Below are positions 1 through 7,823 of a stretch of DNA of 27,261 nucleotides, piece after piece. The DNA comes from Candidatus Margulisiibacteriota bacterium. Lineage in GTDB: Bacteria; Margulisbacteria; WOR-1; O2-12-FULL-45-9. The stretch is from NCBI GenBank assembly GCA_034723395.1, contig JAYEOW010000044.1:1-27261 (forward strand). Reading direction: 5' to 3'. The translations under genes and the position numbers were made by a program. Each line of letters begins with the position of its first letter. The stretch's first letter is position 1. Below the pieces are notes generated by a model. That model was given only the letters and a program-made list of their open reading frames with translations, had not been told where the DNA came from and did no database searches.

Positions 1-130
1 TAATTGCCTCCGCTGCCCGGTTTTCAATTCCCTTTGGACCGCGAATCTCAAGAGCTAATGCCCTTCCCCGAAATTTAATATTTCTTGACACCTGCTGTAC
101 AAAAGTCAGTCTTGCTCCTGTAATTGCTAT
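1..130 (-). CDS. Hypothetical protein, 5' part only (runs off window start); apparent ATA start codon, possibly a pseudogene
   Basis: Minus strand reads AGGAGG-aaaataaa-ATA GCA ATT ACA GGA..., then an open frame (I/M)AITGARLTFVQQVSRNIKFRGRALALEIRGPKGIENRAAEAI to the window edge. Confidence 0.5.
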   Translation of the reverse strand, partial: MAITGARLTFVQQVSRNIKFRGRALALEIRGPKGIENRAAEAI

Positions 131-149
131 TTTATTTTCCTCCTATATT

Positions 150-178
150 TTGACTTACAGTTAATTAAGCACTATAAT
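150..178 (+). promoter_or_regulatory. Near-consensus sigma70 promoter
   Basis: TTGACT (150-155), 17-bp spacer, TATAAT (173-178). Confidence 0.6.
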
Positions 179-209
179 ATTATCGTAACATTTTACGGGA
201 AATTTCACT
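179..209 (-). promoter_or_regulatory. Putative sigma28/FliA-like promoter for the gene at 1-130
   Basis: Minus strand TGAAATTTCCCGTAAAATGTTACGATAAT. CGATAA resembles the sigma28 -10 (GCCGATAA); a same-spaced motif occurs at 23699-23726. Confidence 0.45.
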
Positions 210-240
210 TTTTTTGTGATTATTTTCAATTATTTTTATT

Positions 241-283
241 AAAATCGCTATTCGCGGGGTGTGGGGCGCGAATAGCGATTTTT
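241..283. terminator. Bidirectional intrinsic terminator-like hairpin
   Basis: Perfect 16-bp stem AAAATCGCTATTCGCG (241-256) / CGCGAATAGCGATTTT (267-282), 10-nt loop, T-runs on both strands. Confidence 0.75.
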
Positions 284-509
284 CCTAGTTTCCACATTCT
301 ATATAAATCCTTCTTCTTGCAGCCATGAATAGTGTTGGGGATGATCAGAGAAAAGGTTCGGAAAGGGACGACTCGAGCCATTTTTTTCAGCAGTCGAACT
401 CCCAAGGTGGGGCGGCGACCTTGAGTAAGTAAGGAATAGAAGACCCCACCCCTAAAAAGACTGGAATCAAGTTAATTCTTATCTAGAGGTGACTTTATCC
501 AAGTATCAC

Positions 510-722
510 TCAACTCACGAATAACTCTTTAATTCTATCCGATCCATAATAATAAACATTTCGGCCCTGTTTATTTGAAGTTAAAAACCCTTTATTAACC
601 AGATCTTTAGTTGCTGTCATGCGGGTTACCTGATTAATGTTTATATGCGTTTTTAATGTTGTATATTCATCTGGGGTGCTATGTAGATATTGCAGCAATT
701 GAACCTGGCGAACATTAAAGAA
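510..722 (-). pseudogene. C-terminal winged-helix remnant of a probable Fic-family protein
   Basis: Frame open from an in-frame TAA (723-725): FFNVRQVQLLQYLH...VTRMTATKDLVNKGFLTSNKQGRNVYY. This resembles the N.RQ..LL...TA..DL..L...G.L...K.GR wHTH tail of Fic proteins. No Fic catalytic motif, no RBS. Confidence 0.5.
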
Positions 723-733
723 TTAAAGGGTAA

Positions 734-1306
734 TTATTTGTCCTCAACAAAGACAATCGCACGGCCGTTAAAACGATAACTAGGATTGCTGTAGTTTTGG
801 TAGGGAAGGCCCGAACGGCGGAGAACAAAAGTATCGCTGATTTCTGTTTCTGTCCACACCCAGTTTTCCCCGGATAATTGCCCTTTCGCCTGTCCCTGTT
901 CCCACTCTGGTTCAGTTGGAAGCCTAAACTTTCTGCCGGTTTTCTCGCTTAACCATTTTGCAAATGCTTTGCCGTCATGTAAATGTACAAAAGTTACGGC
1001 TTTCCCCGCTTGCGACGGGTCATCAAGAACGGCCCGAAGTTTTTCAGCATTATGGCCTTCGATCTTATATCCGCTCTCCTCCACAAACTGCCTGAGTTGG
1101 CCAACGGTTAATTCGTGTTCCATGATCCCCAGATTTTTTGAGATCTCTATCGTTTCAGGGACCTCTATTTTAGCTTCCCGGGACAAGACTTCAGCCCCCC
1201 GGGATGATACTGCGGCGGTAACCTTCCCAATCTCACCCGCGGTAAGATTAGCCATATCTGCGGCACGGGCCAATCTATTAGGCTTTTCCGACAACCTTTT
1301 GCGCAA
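734..1306 (-). CDS. FGE-sulfatase (SUMF1)/C-type lectin-fold protein; candidate DGR target; N-terminus uncertain or truncated
   Basis: Motifs IMEHELTVGQLRQFV, VTFVHLHDGKAFAKWLSEKTGRKFRLPTEPEWE, GENWVWT. TTG start without SD, only 27 bp from the divergent gene. Confidence 0.8.
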   Translation of the reverse strand: MRKRLSEKPNRLARAADMANLTAGEIGKVTAAVSSRGAEVLSREAKIEVPETIEISKNLGIMEHELTVGQLRQFVEESGYKIEGHNAEKLRAVLDDPSQAGKAVTFVHLHDGKAFAKWLSEKTGRKFRLPTEPEWEQGQAKGQLSGENWVWTETEISDTFVLRRSGLPYQNYSNPSYRFNGRAIVFVEDK

Positions 1307-1333
1307 TTTTTTATACTTATGCTAGAATAATCC

Positions 1334-1942
1334 ATGCTTCACAAGATAATTGGCGCATTAACTATATTGTTCGCTTGTATTTCCATTGCAAACGCAGAGA
1401 TCTCTAATGCCACAAAATTCCCTACCGCCGAGATACAAGGGAAAGGGCCTCTCCCCTATAATTACCGGATAATCGACAAGTCCTTACACGCAGGCGGACA
1501 CCCGCTAAATCCCCGGACAAAATTTAAAAACAGCGACGAACAGGTATGGGCGATCCTCGACCATTTAGTATCTTATAATGTTAAAACAGTCATCGATTTT
1601 GAAAACAGCTGGGCGATCCAGAACAGGTATAAATATTTCCTTAAACACGCCGGGATAAACAGGGTCCATGTCCCGATGCACGCTTTTAAATTACCAAACA
1701 AACAAGAATGGAAAAAGATAAAAAAAGCAATAAATGAAGGCCCTGTCTATATCCATTGTAAGTGGGGCGCCGACCGCACCGGGTCGGTAATCGGCCGTTA
1801 TCTGGTTGAAGAAAAAGGATATGCGCCAGAAGAGGCCTACCGGGCGGTCATTTCAGGCGGGACACACGCCGGCTATTTAGGAGGGCTCAAGACCAGCTGG
1901 CCCTTTGAAAAGATGAAACAGTTTATCTGGCTGGGGCCTTAG
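1334..1942 (+). CDS. Exported cysteine-dependent (tyrosine/dual-specificity-type) phosphatase
   Basis: PTP loop VYIHCKWGADRTG (CX5R); N-terminal signal peptide ending ANA. Confidence 0.85.
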   Translation: MLHKIIGALTILFACISIANAEISNATKFPTAEIQGKGPLPYNYRIIDKSLHAGGHPLNPRTKFKNSDEQVWAILDHLVSYNVKTVIDFENSWAIQNRYKYFLKHAGINRVHVPMHAFKLPNKQEWKKIKKAINEGPVYIHCKWGADRTGSVIGRYLVEEKGYAPEEAYRAVISGGTHAGYLGGLKTSWPFEKMKQFIWLGP

Positions 1943-3156
1943 TCGGTCAAAACCTCCATTCTGCCGATATTTTTCCAGATCTCTTTCTCGTACACCTTAA
2001 AGACCTCCAAATCCTTCCCTTTTAACGGTTTCCTCTTCGGTTGGTTAAAGCGTAAAGGATTAAGCGTGCGGCCTCTACTCCTGATCTCATAATGGCAGTG
2101 CGGGCCGGTCGAGTGCCCGGTGCTGCCGACCAGCGCAACGACCTCCCCCTGAGACACTTTTTTTCCCGGCCGGACATTTATCCTTGAACAGTGGCCGTAA
2201 TAAGTCTCATAACCATTTGCGTGCCTGACCTTCACCAACTTCCCGTATGCCCCTCTCCACCCCGCGTAAGAAACAATACCTCCCGAGGTTGCGACGATCG
2301 GCGCCCCGTAATGGGAGGCAAAATCAACCCCGGTGTGGCGCCCATGCCTGTGGGTAATCGGGTCCCTTCTCGGCCCGTAATAAGAAGTTATCCTCCCGGT
2401 AAATTTAAGCGGGGATTTTAAGAACATCTTTTCGGCAGGATTCCCCTTAAGGTCGTAATAACCCGCTAGGTTATTCTCCGGCTCAAAATATACCGCGTCA
2501 AACGTTTCCCTCCCCTTATATTGCGCAGCCAGGATCTTGCCGTATTTAACAAATCTGCCGTCCTCGCTAAAGTATTTTTCAAAGTAGAGCCCTATCTTAT
2601 CCCCCGCCCTTGGATAAAGATAAAAGTCGATGTCCCAGGCAAAGATATCTACGATCGAAAAAAGCAGCGCATCTTTTTCTCCCTGCTTCCGGACCGCGTC
2701 GAATAAAGAGGTTTTAATGATAAGCTCTTTCTTGCTCATCTCTTTTTTTAAAAATATGGAGGGGATAAAAGAATTTAGCTCATCATCTTCCCCCCGCACT
2801 GCAAAATAGAGTTCAACCGGCGATTTTTCATAGATAAATTTCTGGACTTTATCGCTCTCATCGGTATAAATAGTGTATTTATCTTTAGCGCGGAGCTTCT
2901 GAAGGTTGAGGATGTCGCCGATGGAACCGATGATCTCATTGGCCGCTTCCCTGCTTATCCCACTTTCAACCAGAGAGGTAAAAAGGACCTGCCCCGGCTT
3001 GATCGATCCCCCGATCTTTTTGATCTTTGAATACTTGAGGTAGTTTTGATAGCGCTGGGCCCCAAAACGGACCGCAAAGATAGCGCTTACAACTAAAAGA
3101 ACGGAGATGATCACTATTATTACTCTTCTTCGGATATAAACCGAACGATCGGGCAT
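1939..3156 (-). CDS. M23 family metallopeptidase (peptidoglycan DD-endopeptidase, MepM-like)
   Basis: HTGVD, YGHC and STGPHCHYE zinc motifs; N-terminal TM helix; Csd3/OapA-like middle domains. Confidence 0.92.
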   Translation of the reverse strand: MPDRSVYIRRRVIIVIISVLLVVSAIFAVRFGAQRYQNYLKYSKIKKIGGSIKPGQVLFTSLVESGISREAANEIIGSIGDILNLQKLRAKDKYTIYTDESDKVQKFIYEKSPVELYFAVRGEDDELNSFIPSIFLKKEMSKKELIIKTSLFDAVRKQGEKDALLFSIVDIFAWDIDFYLYPRAGDKIGLYFEKYFSEDGRFVKYGKILAAQYKGRETFDAVYFEPENNLAGYYDLKGNPAEKMFLKSPLKFTGRITSYYGPRRDPITHRHGRHTGVDFASHYGAPIVATSGGIVSYAGWRGAYGKLVKVRHANGYETYYGHCSRINVRPGKKVSQGEVVALVGSTGHSTGPHCHYEIRSRGRTLNPLRFNQPKRKPLKGKDLEVFKVYEKEIWKNIGRMEVLTD

Positions 3157-3188
3157 TGTTTGATTATAGCAGAATTATCGGGGGATTA

Positions 3189-3653
3189 TTAATTAGCTAG
3201 TTTCTTGTACGGTATCGTGGGGATATTAAATATTCCGCCAACCAGGATCGACCACCACATATCAGCGACCGAAAACTGCCCGGTGGTCATAAAATACCAA
3301 TACGAGTAGAGCATAAGAGGAATAAATATCAATACGCCCGACATCGTCCCCGAAGAATACTTCCGATGCAGGACCATTAATCCGAGATGGGCCAAGGCAT
3401 TAACAAAAAGCGCCCACATTACTCCGAGACTTATGATCAGCATTTTACTGCCGATCAGGGCGGCAATGACCGTTCCGGGGAGCGCCCAAAGCAGCATCAC
3501 CGAGTAGAGCCACTGGAATGATTTTGGCGCCCTGCCGATCTTGATCAAAAACTCATTATAGTTTTTTAAAAACCCGCCAGCAGTGAAATGCTCTTCCAGC
3601 CCGTGGATTATAAAGCCGGCAACCATCGCCCAAAATACCCAGTCTTGGCCCAT
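3189..3653 (-). CDS. HXXEE domain membrane protein
   Basis: IHGLEEH motif, NALAH, YSSG, several TM helices. Confidence 0.85.
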   Translation of the reverse strand: MGQDWVFWAMVAGFIIHGLEEHFTAGGFLKNYNEFLIKIGRAPKSFQWLYSVMLLWALPGTVIAALIGSKMLIISLGVMWALFVNALAHLGLMVLHRKYSSGTMSGVLIFIPLMLYSYWYFMTTGQFSVADMWWSILVGGIFNIPTIPYKKLAN

Positions 3654-3680
3654 GCTTTTATTATATCACAACCAGTTATC

Positions 3681-3709
3681 TTGCAAAAACAATTAATAGT
3701 TAGTAAGAT
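3681..3709 (+). promoter_or_regulatory. sigma70 promoter for the VIT1-family gene, overlapping the divergent HXXEE promoter
   Basis: TTGCAA-17-TAAGAT; on the minus strand TGaTATAAT with -10 at 3660-3665. Confidence 0.55.
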
Positions 3710-3720
3710 AGGGCAACTTC

Positions 3721-4596
3721 ATGGCCACGACAAACGAAACGACCAAAAACAAGCTCCTCTCATTCCAAAAGAACGAGATAACCGAGCATTTTATTTACAA
3801 AAAACTCGCCCGCATCGAAAAAGGCGGGCACAACAAAGATGTTTTGCGCAAAATTTCCAAAGACGAGCTCCGCCATTACAATATCTGGAGAAAATATTCG
3901 GGGGATGATGTCCGGCCGGACAAAATAAAAGTTGCCTGGTATTTATTCATCGCGCGCGTTTTCGGAGTCACTTTTGGGATAAAACTGATGGAGGCCGGCG
4001 AAGAAAAGGCCCAAGATGCTTATCTTAAAGTTGTGCAAGACATTCCCGAGGCTGCCGGCATTAAAAACGAGGAAGAGCAACACGAAAACGAATTGATCGA
4101 AATGATCGACGAAGAGAAACTAAAATATATCGGTTCGATCGTGCTTGGATTAAACGACGCCCTGGTCGAGCTTACCGGGACTTTGGCAGGATTGACCTTC
4201 GCTTTGCAAAACGCGCGCCTAGTCGGCGTCGCGGGACTAATTACGGGGATCGCGGCATCCCTTTCTATGGCAGCATCGGAATATCTCTCCACTAAAACCG
4301 AAGGTGGAGAAAAAGATCCGCTAAAAGCCTCCTTTTATACCGGAGCCGCTTACGTGGCGGCAGTTACGGTATTGATCACCCCTTTCCTTGCCCTTAACAA
4401 TCCGTTCTTGTCGCTCTTACTCGCGCTAATCGGGGCGGTCTTTTTAATCTTGGTCTTCACCTTTTATTTTTCGGTAGTAAAAGGGGTCCCTTTTAAAAAG
4501 CGATTTTTAGAAATGATCGCGGTTAGCTTAGGAGTGGCATCGCTAAGCTTCATTATCGGCTTAGCGGTTAGATATTTTCTCGGGATCGATATTTAA
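3721..4596 (+). CDS. Ferritin/rubrerythrin-like domain + VIT1/CCC1 transporter (MbfA-like iron exporter)
   Basis: ExxH diiron motifs (DELRH, EEEQHE); VIT1 motifs VLGLNDALVE and SMAASEYLS. Confidence 0.88.
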   Translation: MATTNETTKNKLLSFQKNEITEHFIYKKLARIEKGGHNKDVLRKISKDELRHYNIWRKYSGDDVRPDKIKVAWYLFIARVFGVTFGIKLMEAGEEKAQDAYLKVVQDIPEAAGIKNEEEQHENELIEMIDEEKLKYIGSIVLGLNDALVELTGTLAGLTFALQNARLVGVAGLITGIAASLSMAASEYLSTKTEGGEKDPLKASFYTGAAYVAAVTVLITPFLALNNPFLSLLLALIGAVFLILVFTFYFSVVKGVPFKKRFLEMIAVSLGVASLSFIIGLAVRYFLGIDI

Positions 4597-4644
4597 ATCG
4601 GCCTGATAAGGTCGGAAATCCGCCCCGCGAAACAAGCATATGCA

Positions 4645-4672
4645 TTGACTCGTCCCCATAATGAGCTATAAT
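4645..4672 (+). promoter_or_regulatory. sigma70 promoter for the lipoprotein gene
   Basis: TTGACT-16-TATAAT followed by SD GGAGG before ATG 4702. Confidence 0.6.
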
Positions 4673-4701
4673 AACAGGATAAATTAAAGGGAGGAATAAG
4701 T

Positions 4702-5439
4702 ATGAAAAAGTATGTGTATTTTTTGGCAGGAATTACCCTTATCGTTGTTAGTGTGGCCTTTTTGGCATCTTGTTCAAGCACCTCATCAGGCGGGGGCGGA
4801 GGGGCAGAGATTTCGGTCCTTGGAGAGTTTTCGTATCCAAACATATACGTGACCGATGGGGACGTGGATTTTTCTAATTACTCCGAACCTATTAATGGGA
4901 ATGACGTTTCCGACGCAATTGTTACCGTTTCAAACGAAACCACCGGTGTTTCAACCGTGCTTGCCTGGCGGGCTGGAAACCCCATGCAGCATGGTTACTA
5001 CGGCGGGCTTCAAGCCCTTGCCCATGGAACCGGAGAAAAAGTCTCCCTTCGGATCGAAACGGCTAGTGGAGGCACGGTTACCGGAGACCCCACGGAAACT
5101 TCTGATTCAACGATAAGCTACACGGGCCCTGCAAGCGGGGCTTATGTACATATCCCTTTTACAATTACCTGGGACTTTACCGCTGGCACAAATCCCGCCT
5201 CCCATGTTTGGCTGCAATTGTATTCCGTATCAACACTTAATGAAGGTCATCAGGTAGTTTTACCCAACACCACCACCTCCCTTAACATAACTTCTGCGGA
5301 AGTAAACTCTTCAGGCAGTTATGTAATCAACATCGAACCGGTCACCTCTATGACCATAAATGGGGCAAAGGCCGGCTCCGTTGCTTATGTTAAACCTGCC
5401 ATAGGAGGGGCTGGCTCCCGTTCGATCACAGTTTACTAA
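4702..5439 (+). CDS. Hypothetical lipoprotein, beta-rich (possibly Ig/FN3-like)
   Basis: Lipobox LAS-C at residue 24, Ser/Gly linker SSTSSGGGGG, Thr/Ser/Gly-rich mature part, strong SD. Confidence 0.8.
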   Translation: MKKYVYFLAGITLIVVSVAFLASCSSTSSGGGGGAEISVLGEFSYPNIYVTDGDVDFSNYSEPINGNDVSDAIVTVSNETTGVSTVLAWRAGNPMQHGYYGGLQALAHGTGEKVSLRIETASGGTVTGDPTETSDSTISYTGPASGAYVHIPFTITWDFTAGTNPASHVWLQLYSVSTLNEGHQVVLPNTTTSLNITSAEVNSSGSYVINIEPVTSMTINGAKAGSVAYVKPAIGGAGSRSITVY

Positions 5440-5460
5440 GGAAAATGTAATTATATAAAC

Positions 5461-5491
5461 AAAAGCCCCGGAAAATCTTCCGGGGCTTTTT
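5461..5491 (+). terminator. Intrinsic terminator (bidirectional-type)
   Basis: AAAAGCCCCGGAA-aatc-TTCCGGGGCTTTTT. Confidence 0.85.
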
Positions 5492-5522
5492 ACCATCCCC
5501 CTAAAATAAGGAGAAAATAATC

Positions 5523-5897
5523 ATGGCAAAACACTTAGAAGTCTATAAATGTGAAATGTGCGGAAATATCGTTGAAGTGTTACACGGCGGAGAAGGAGAA
5601 CTAGTTTGCTGCGGAAAACCGATGAGATTAACGAAAGAAAACACGGTCGACGCAGCCAAAGAAAAACATGTCCCGGTTATCGAAAAAACTAATGATGGAA
5701 TTTTGGTTAAAGTCGGCTCTGTCGCCCATCCCATGGAAGAAAAACATTATATTGAATGGATAGAACTTTTAGCCGGTGGAAAAGCCTACCGGCAATTTTT
5801 AAATCCGGGGGAGAAGCCGGAAGCGCTATTCACGATCAAAGCAGATAAAGTTGAAGCACGAGAATACTGCAACCTGCATGGGCATTGGAAGGCATAA
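5523..5897 (+). CDS. dfx: Desulfoferrodoxin (2Fe superoxide reductase)
   Basis: YKCEMCGN...LVCCG desulforedoxin centre; EKHVP, HPM, HYIEWI, CNLHG. Confidence 0.95.
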   Translation: MAKHLEVYKCEMCGNIVEVLHGGEGELVCCGKPMRLTKENTVDAAKEKHVPVIEKTNDGILVKVGSVAHPMEEKHYIEWIELLAGGKAYRQFLNPGEKPEALFTIKADKVEAREYCNLHGHWKA

Positions 5898-5899
5898 TC

Positions 5900-6061
5900 A
5901 TGAAAAAATATGTATGTAAAGTATGCGGCTATATCTACGATCCCGCCGCGGGCGATCCCGACAACGGGGTCAATCCGGGAACCGCTTTTGGGGACGTTCC
6001 GGACAGCTGGGTTTGCCCGCTATGTGGGGCAGGCAAAGACCAATTCGAAGTGTATGAATAA
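5900..6061 (+). CDS. Rubredoxin (53 aa; below the ORF-track cutoff)
   Basis: [53 protein letters not shown]; two CxxCG motifs. Confidence 0.97.
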   Translation: MKKYVCKVCGYIYDPAAGDPDNGVNPGTAFGDVPDSWVCPLCGAGKDQFEVYE

Positions 6062-6063
6062 TA

Positions 6064-7242
6064 ATGAGCGCTAAAGAATTAAAGAAAAACATCTATTATG
6101 TCGGCGCATCGCACCGGGAGAGAAAAACGTTTGACGAGCTCATTCCCCTTCCCGATGGAACCAGCTACAACTCCTACTTGATCAAAGGGAGCGAAAAGAC
6201 CGCCCTGCTTGACACAGTCGACCCGGCAAAAAATAAGGAGCTGGTCAACAGCCTGCGCTCCTTAAAAGTCGACCGCATCGACTACATCATCTCTCACCAT
6301 TGCGAACAGGACCATTCGGGAGCGATCCCTACCCTCCTTACCCTTTATAAAATGGCCAAAGTAGTCACAAACCCAAAATGTAAAGAACTACTAAAAGAAC
6401 ATCTCTTGATCCCGGAAGAAAAATTCATCACCGTTAACGATCGGGAAACCCTCTCCCTGGGTGATAAAACATTAGAATTTATTTATACCCCTTGGGTCCA
6501 CTGGCCAGAAACAATGTGTACTTATCTTAAAGAAGATAATATTTTATTCTCTTGTGATTTTTTTGGCTCCCACATGGCAATCAACGACTTATTCGTAAAA
6601 GACAAAGAACATGTTTATACAGCGGCCAAAAGATATTACGCGGAGATCATGATGCCCTTCCGTCCCAATATAAGAAAGAACTTAGAAAAGCTCCATGACC
6701 TGAAGATTAAAACAATCGCTCCCAGCCACGGCCCGATCTATGATGACCCATCACTGATCGTTGATGCCTATAAAGATTGGGTTTCGGATAAGGTAAAGAA
6801 CGAGGTTGTGATCCCCTACGTTTCAATGCACGGAAGCACCGCCAAGATGGTCGATCACCTGGTTGAATCTTTGGAGAAGGCAGGCGCTAAGGTAAAACCT
6901 TTTAACCTTGGAGATATGGACCTTGGCGAGCTTGCCATGGCCTTGGTTGACGCGGCTACCGTTGTTATCGGATCCCCGACCGTCTTGGTTGGCCCTCACC
7001 CATTAGCGGTATACGCCGCTTACCTGACGAATGCCCTAAGGCCAAAGACCAGGTTCGTTTCAGTCGTTGGCAGTTATGGCTGGGGAGGAAAAATGGTCGA
7101 CAATCTAAAGAGATTAATCCCAACCATGAAAGTTGAATTGATCGAGCCGGTGGTCATTAAAGGGTTTCCTAAAGAAAAGGATTTCAAGGCTCTGGAGAAT
7201 TTAGCAAATACAATTAAAGAAAAACATCAGGAGGTAATTTAA
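6064..7242 (+). CDS. fprA: Flavodiiron protein, class A (O2/NO reductase)
   Basis: [25 protein letters not shown]; flavodoxin domain SMHGST...GSYGWGG. Confidence 0.93.
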   Translation: MSAKELKKNIYYVGASHRERKTFDELIPLPDGTSYNSYLIKGSEKTALLDTVDPAKNKELVNSLRSLKVDRIDYIISHHCEQDHSGAIPTLLTLYKMAKVVTNPKCKELLKEHLLIPEEKFITVNDRETLSLGDKTLEFIYTPWVHWPETMCTYLKEDNILFSCDFFGSHMAINDLFVKDKEHVYTAAKRYYAEIMMPFRPNIRKNLEKLHDLKIKTIAPSHGPIYDDPSLIVDAYKDWVSDKVKNEVVIPYVSMHGSTAKMVDHLVESLEKAGAKVKPFNLGDMDLGELAMALVDAATVVIGSPTVLVGPHPLAVYAAYLTNALRPKTRFVSVVGSYGWGGKMVDNLKRLIPTMKVELIEPVVIKGFPKEKDFKALENLANTIKEKHQEVI

Positions 7243-7243
7243 T

Positions 7244-7822
7244 ATGGGAAAAAGCGTCAAAGGGACCAAAACCGAGAAAAATCTGCTCGCTTCATTTGCC
7301 GGCGAATCACAAGCCAGGAACCGCTATACTTATTTTGCCAGCGTAGCTAAAAAAGCTGGTTACGAACAGATCGCAGCGCTATTTCTTGAAACTGCGGAGA
7401 ACGAAAAGGAACACGCGAAAAGATTCTTTAAACTTCTCGAGGGAAGCACGGTCGAAATAACCGCCGCCTACCCTGCCGGCGTTATAGGGACCACCGAAGA
7501 AAACCTGGCAGCAGCCGCCGCGGGAGAGAATGAAGAATGGACCAAATTATACAAAGAGGCCGCCGATACCGCCCGGGCCGAAGGCTTTGAAGATATTGCC
7601 GACCAGTTCGAGCAGATCGCAAAAGTCGAAAAGCACCATGAAGAGAGATACCATAAACTTTTGGCCAACTTAAAAAACAACTCAGTATTTAAAAAAGATA
7701 CAAAGGTAACCTGGAAGTGCCGTAATTGCGGGTATGTAATTGAAGGGGCCGAAGCGCCGGAAAAATGTCCAGCTTGTGCTCACCCTAAAGCTCACTTCGA
7801 GTTACTTTGCGATAATTTCTAA
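7244..7822 (+). CDS. rbr: Rubrerythrin
   Basis: [20 protein letters not shown]-terminal CRNCG...CPACAHP. Confidence 0.95.
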   Translation: MGKSVKGTKTEKNLLASFAGESQARNRYTYFASVAKKAGYEQIAALFLETAENEKEHAKRFFKLLEGSTVEITAAYPAGVIGTTEENLAAAAAGENEEWTKLYKEAADTARAEGFEDIADQFEQIAKVEKHHEERYHKLLANLKNNSVFKKDTKVTWKCRNCGYVIEGAEAPEKCPACAHPKAHFELLCDNF

Positions 7823-7823
7823 T

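Noticed and set aside
355..380. GGTTCG...CCA followed by a T-run, resembling a tRNA 3' end or att remnant
   Set aside because: No T-stem or acceptor pairing and no cloverleaf. It could be an eroded integration scar, but I cannot support that.
226..381. 51-aa minus-strand ORF MARVVPFRTFSLIIPNTIHG...
   Set aside because: No SD, runs through the terminator hairpin, no recognisable domain; at most a gene remnant.
7740..7823. ORF-track N-terminal extension of ArsC
   Set aside because: Overlaps rubrerythrin; family alignment starts at MKRILFVC (7824).
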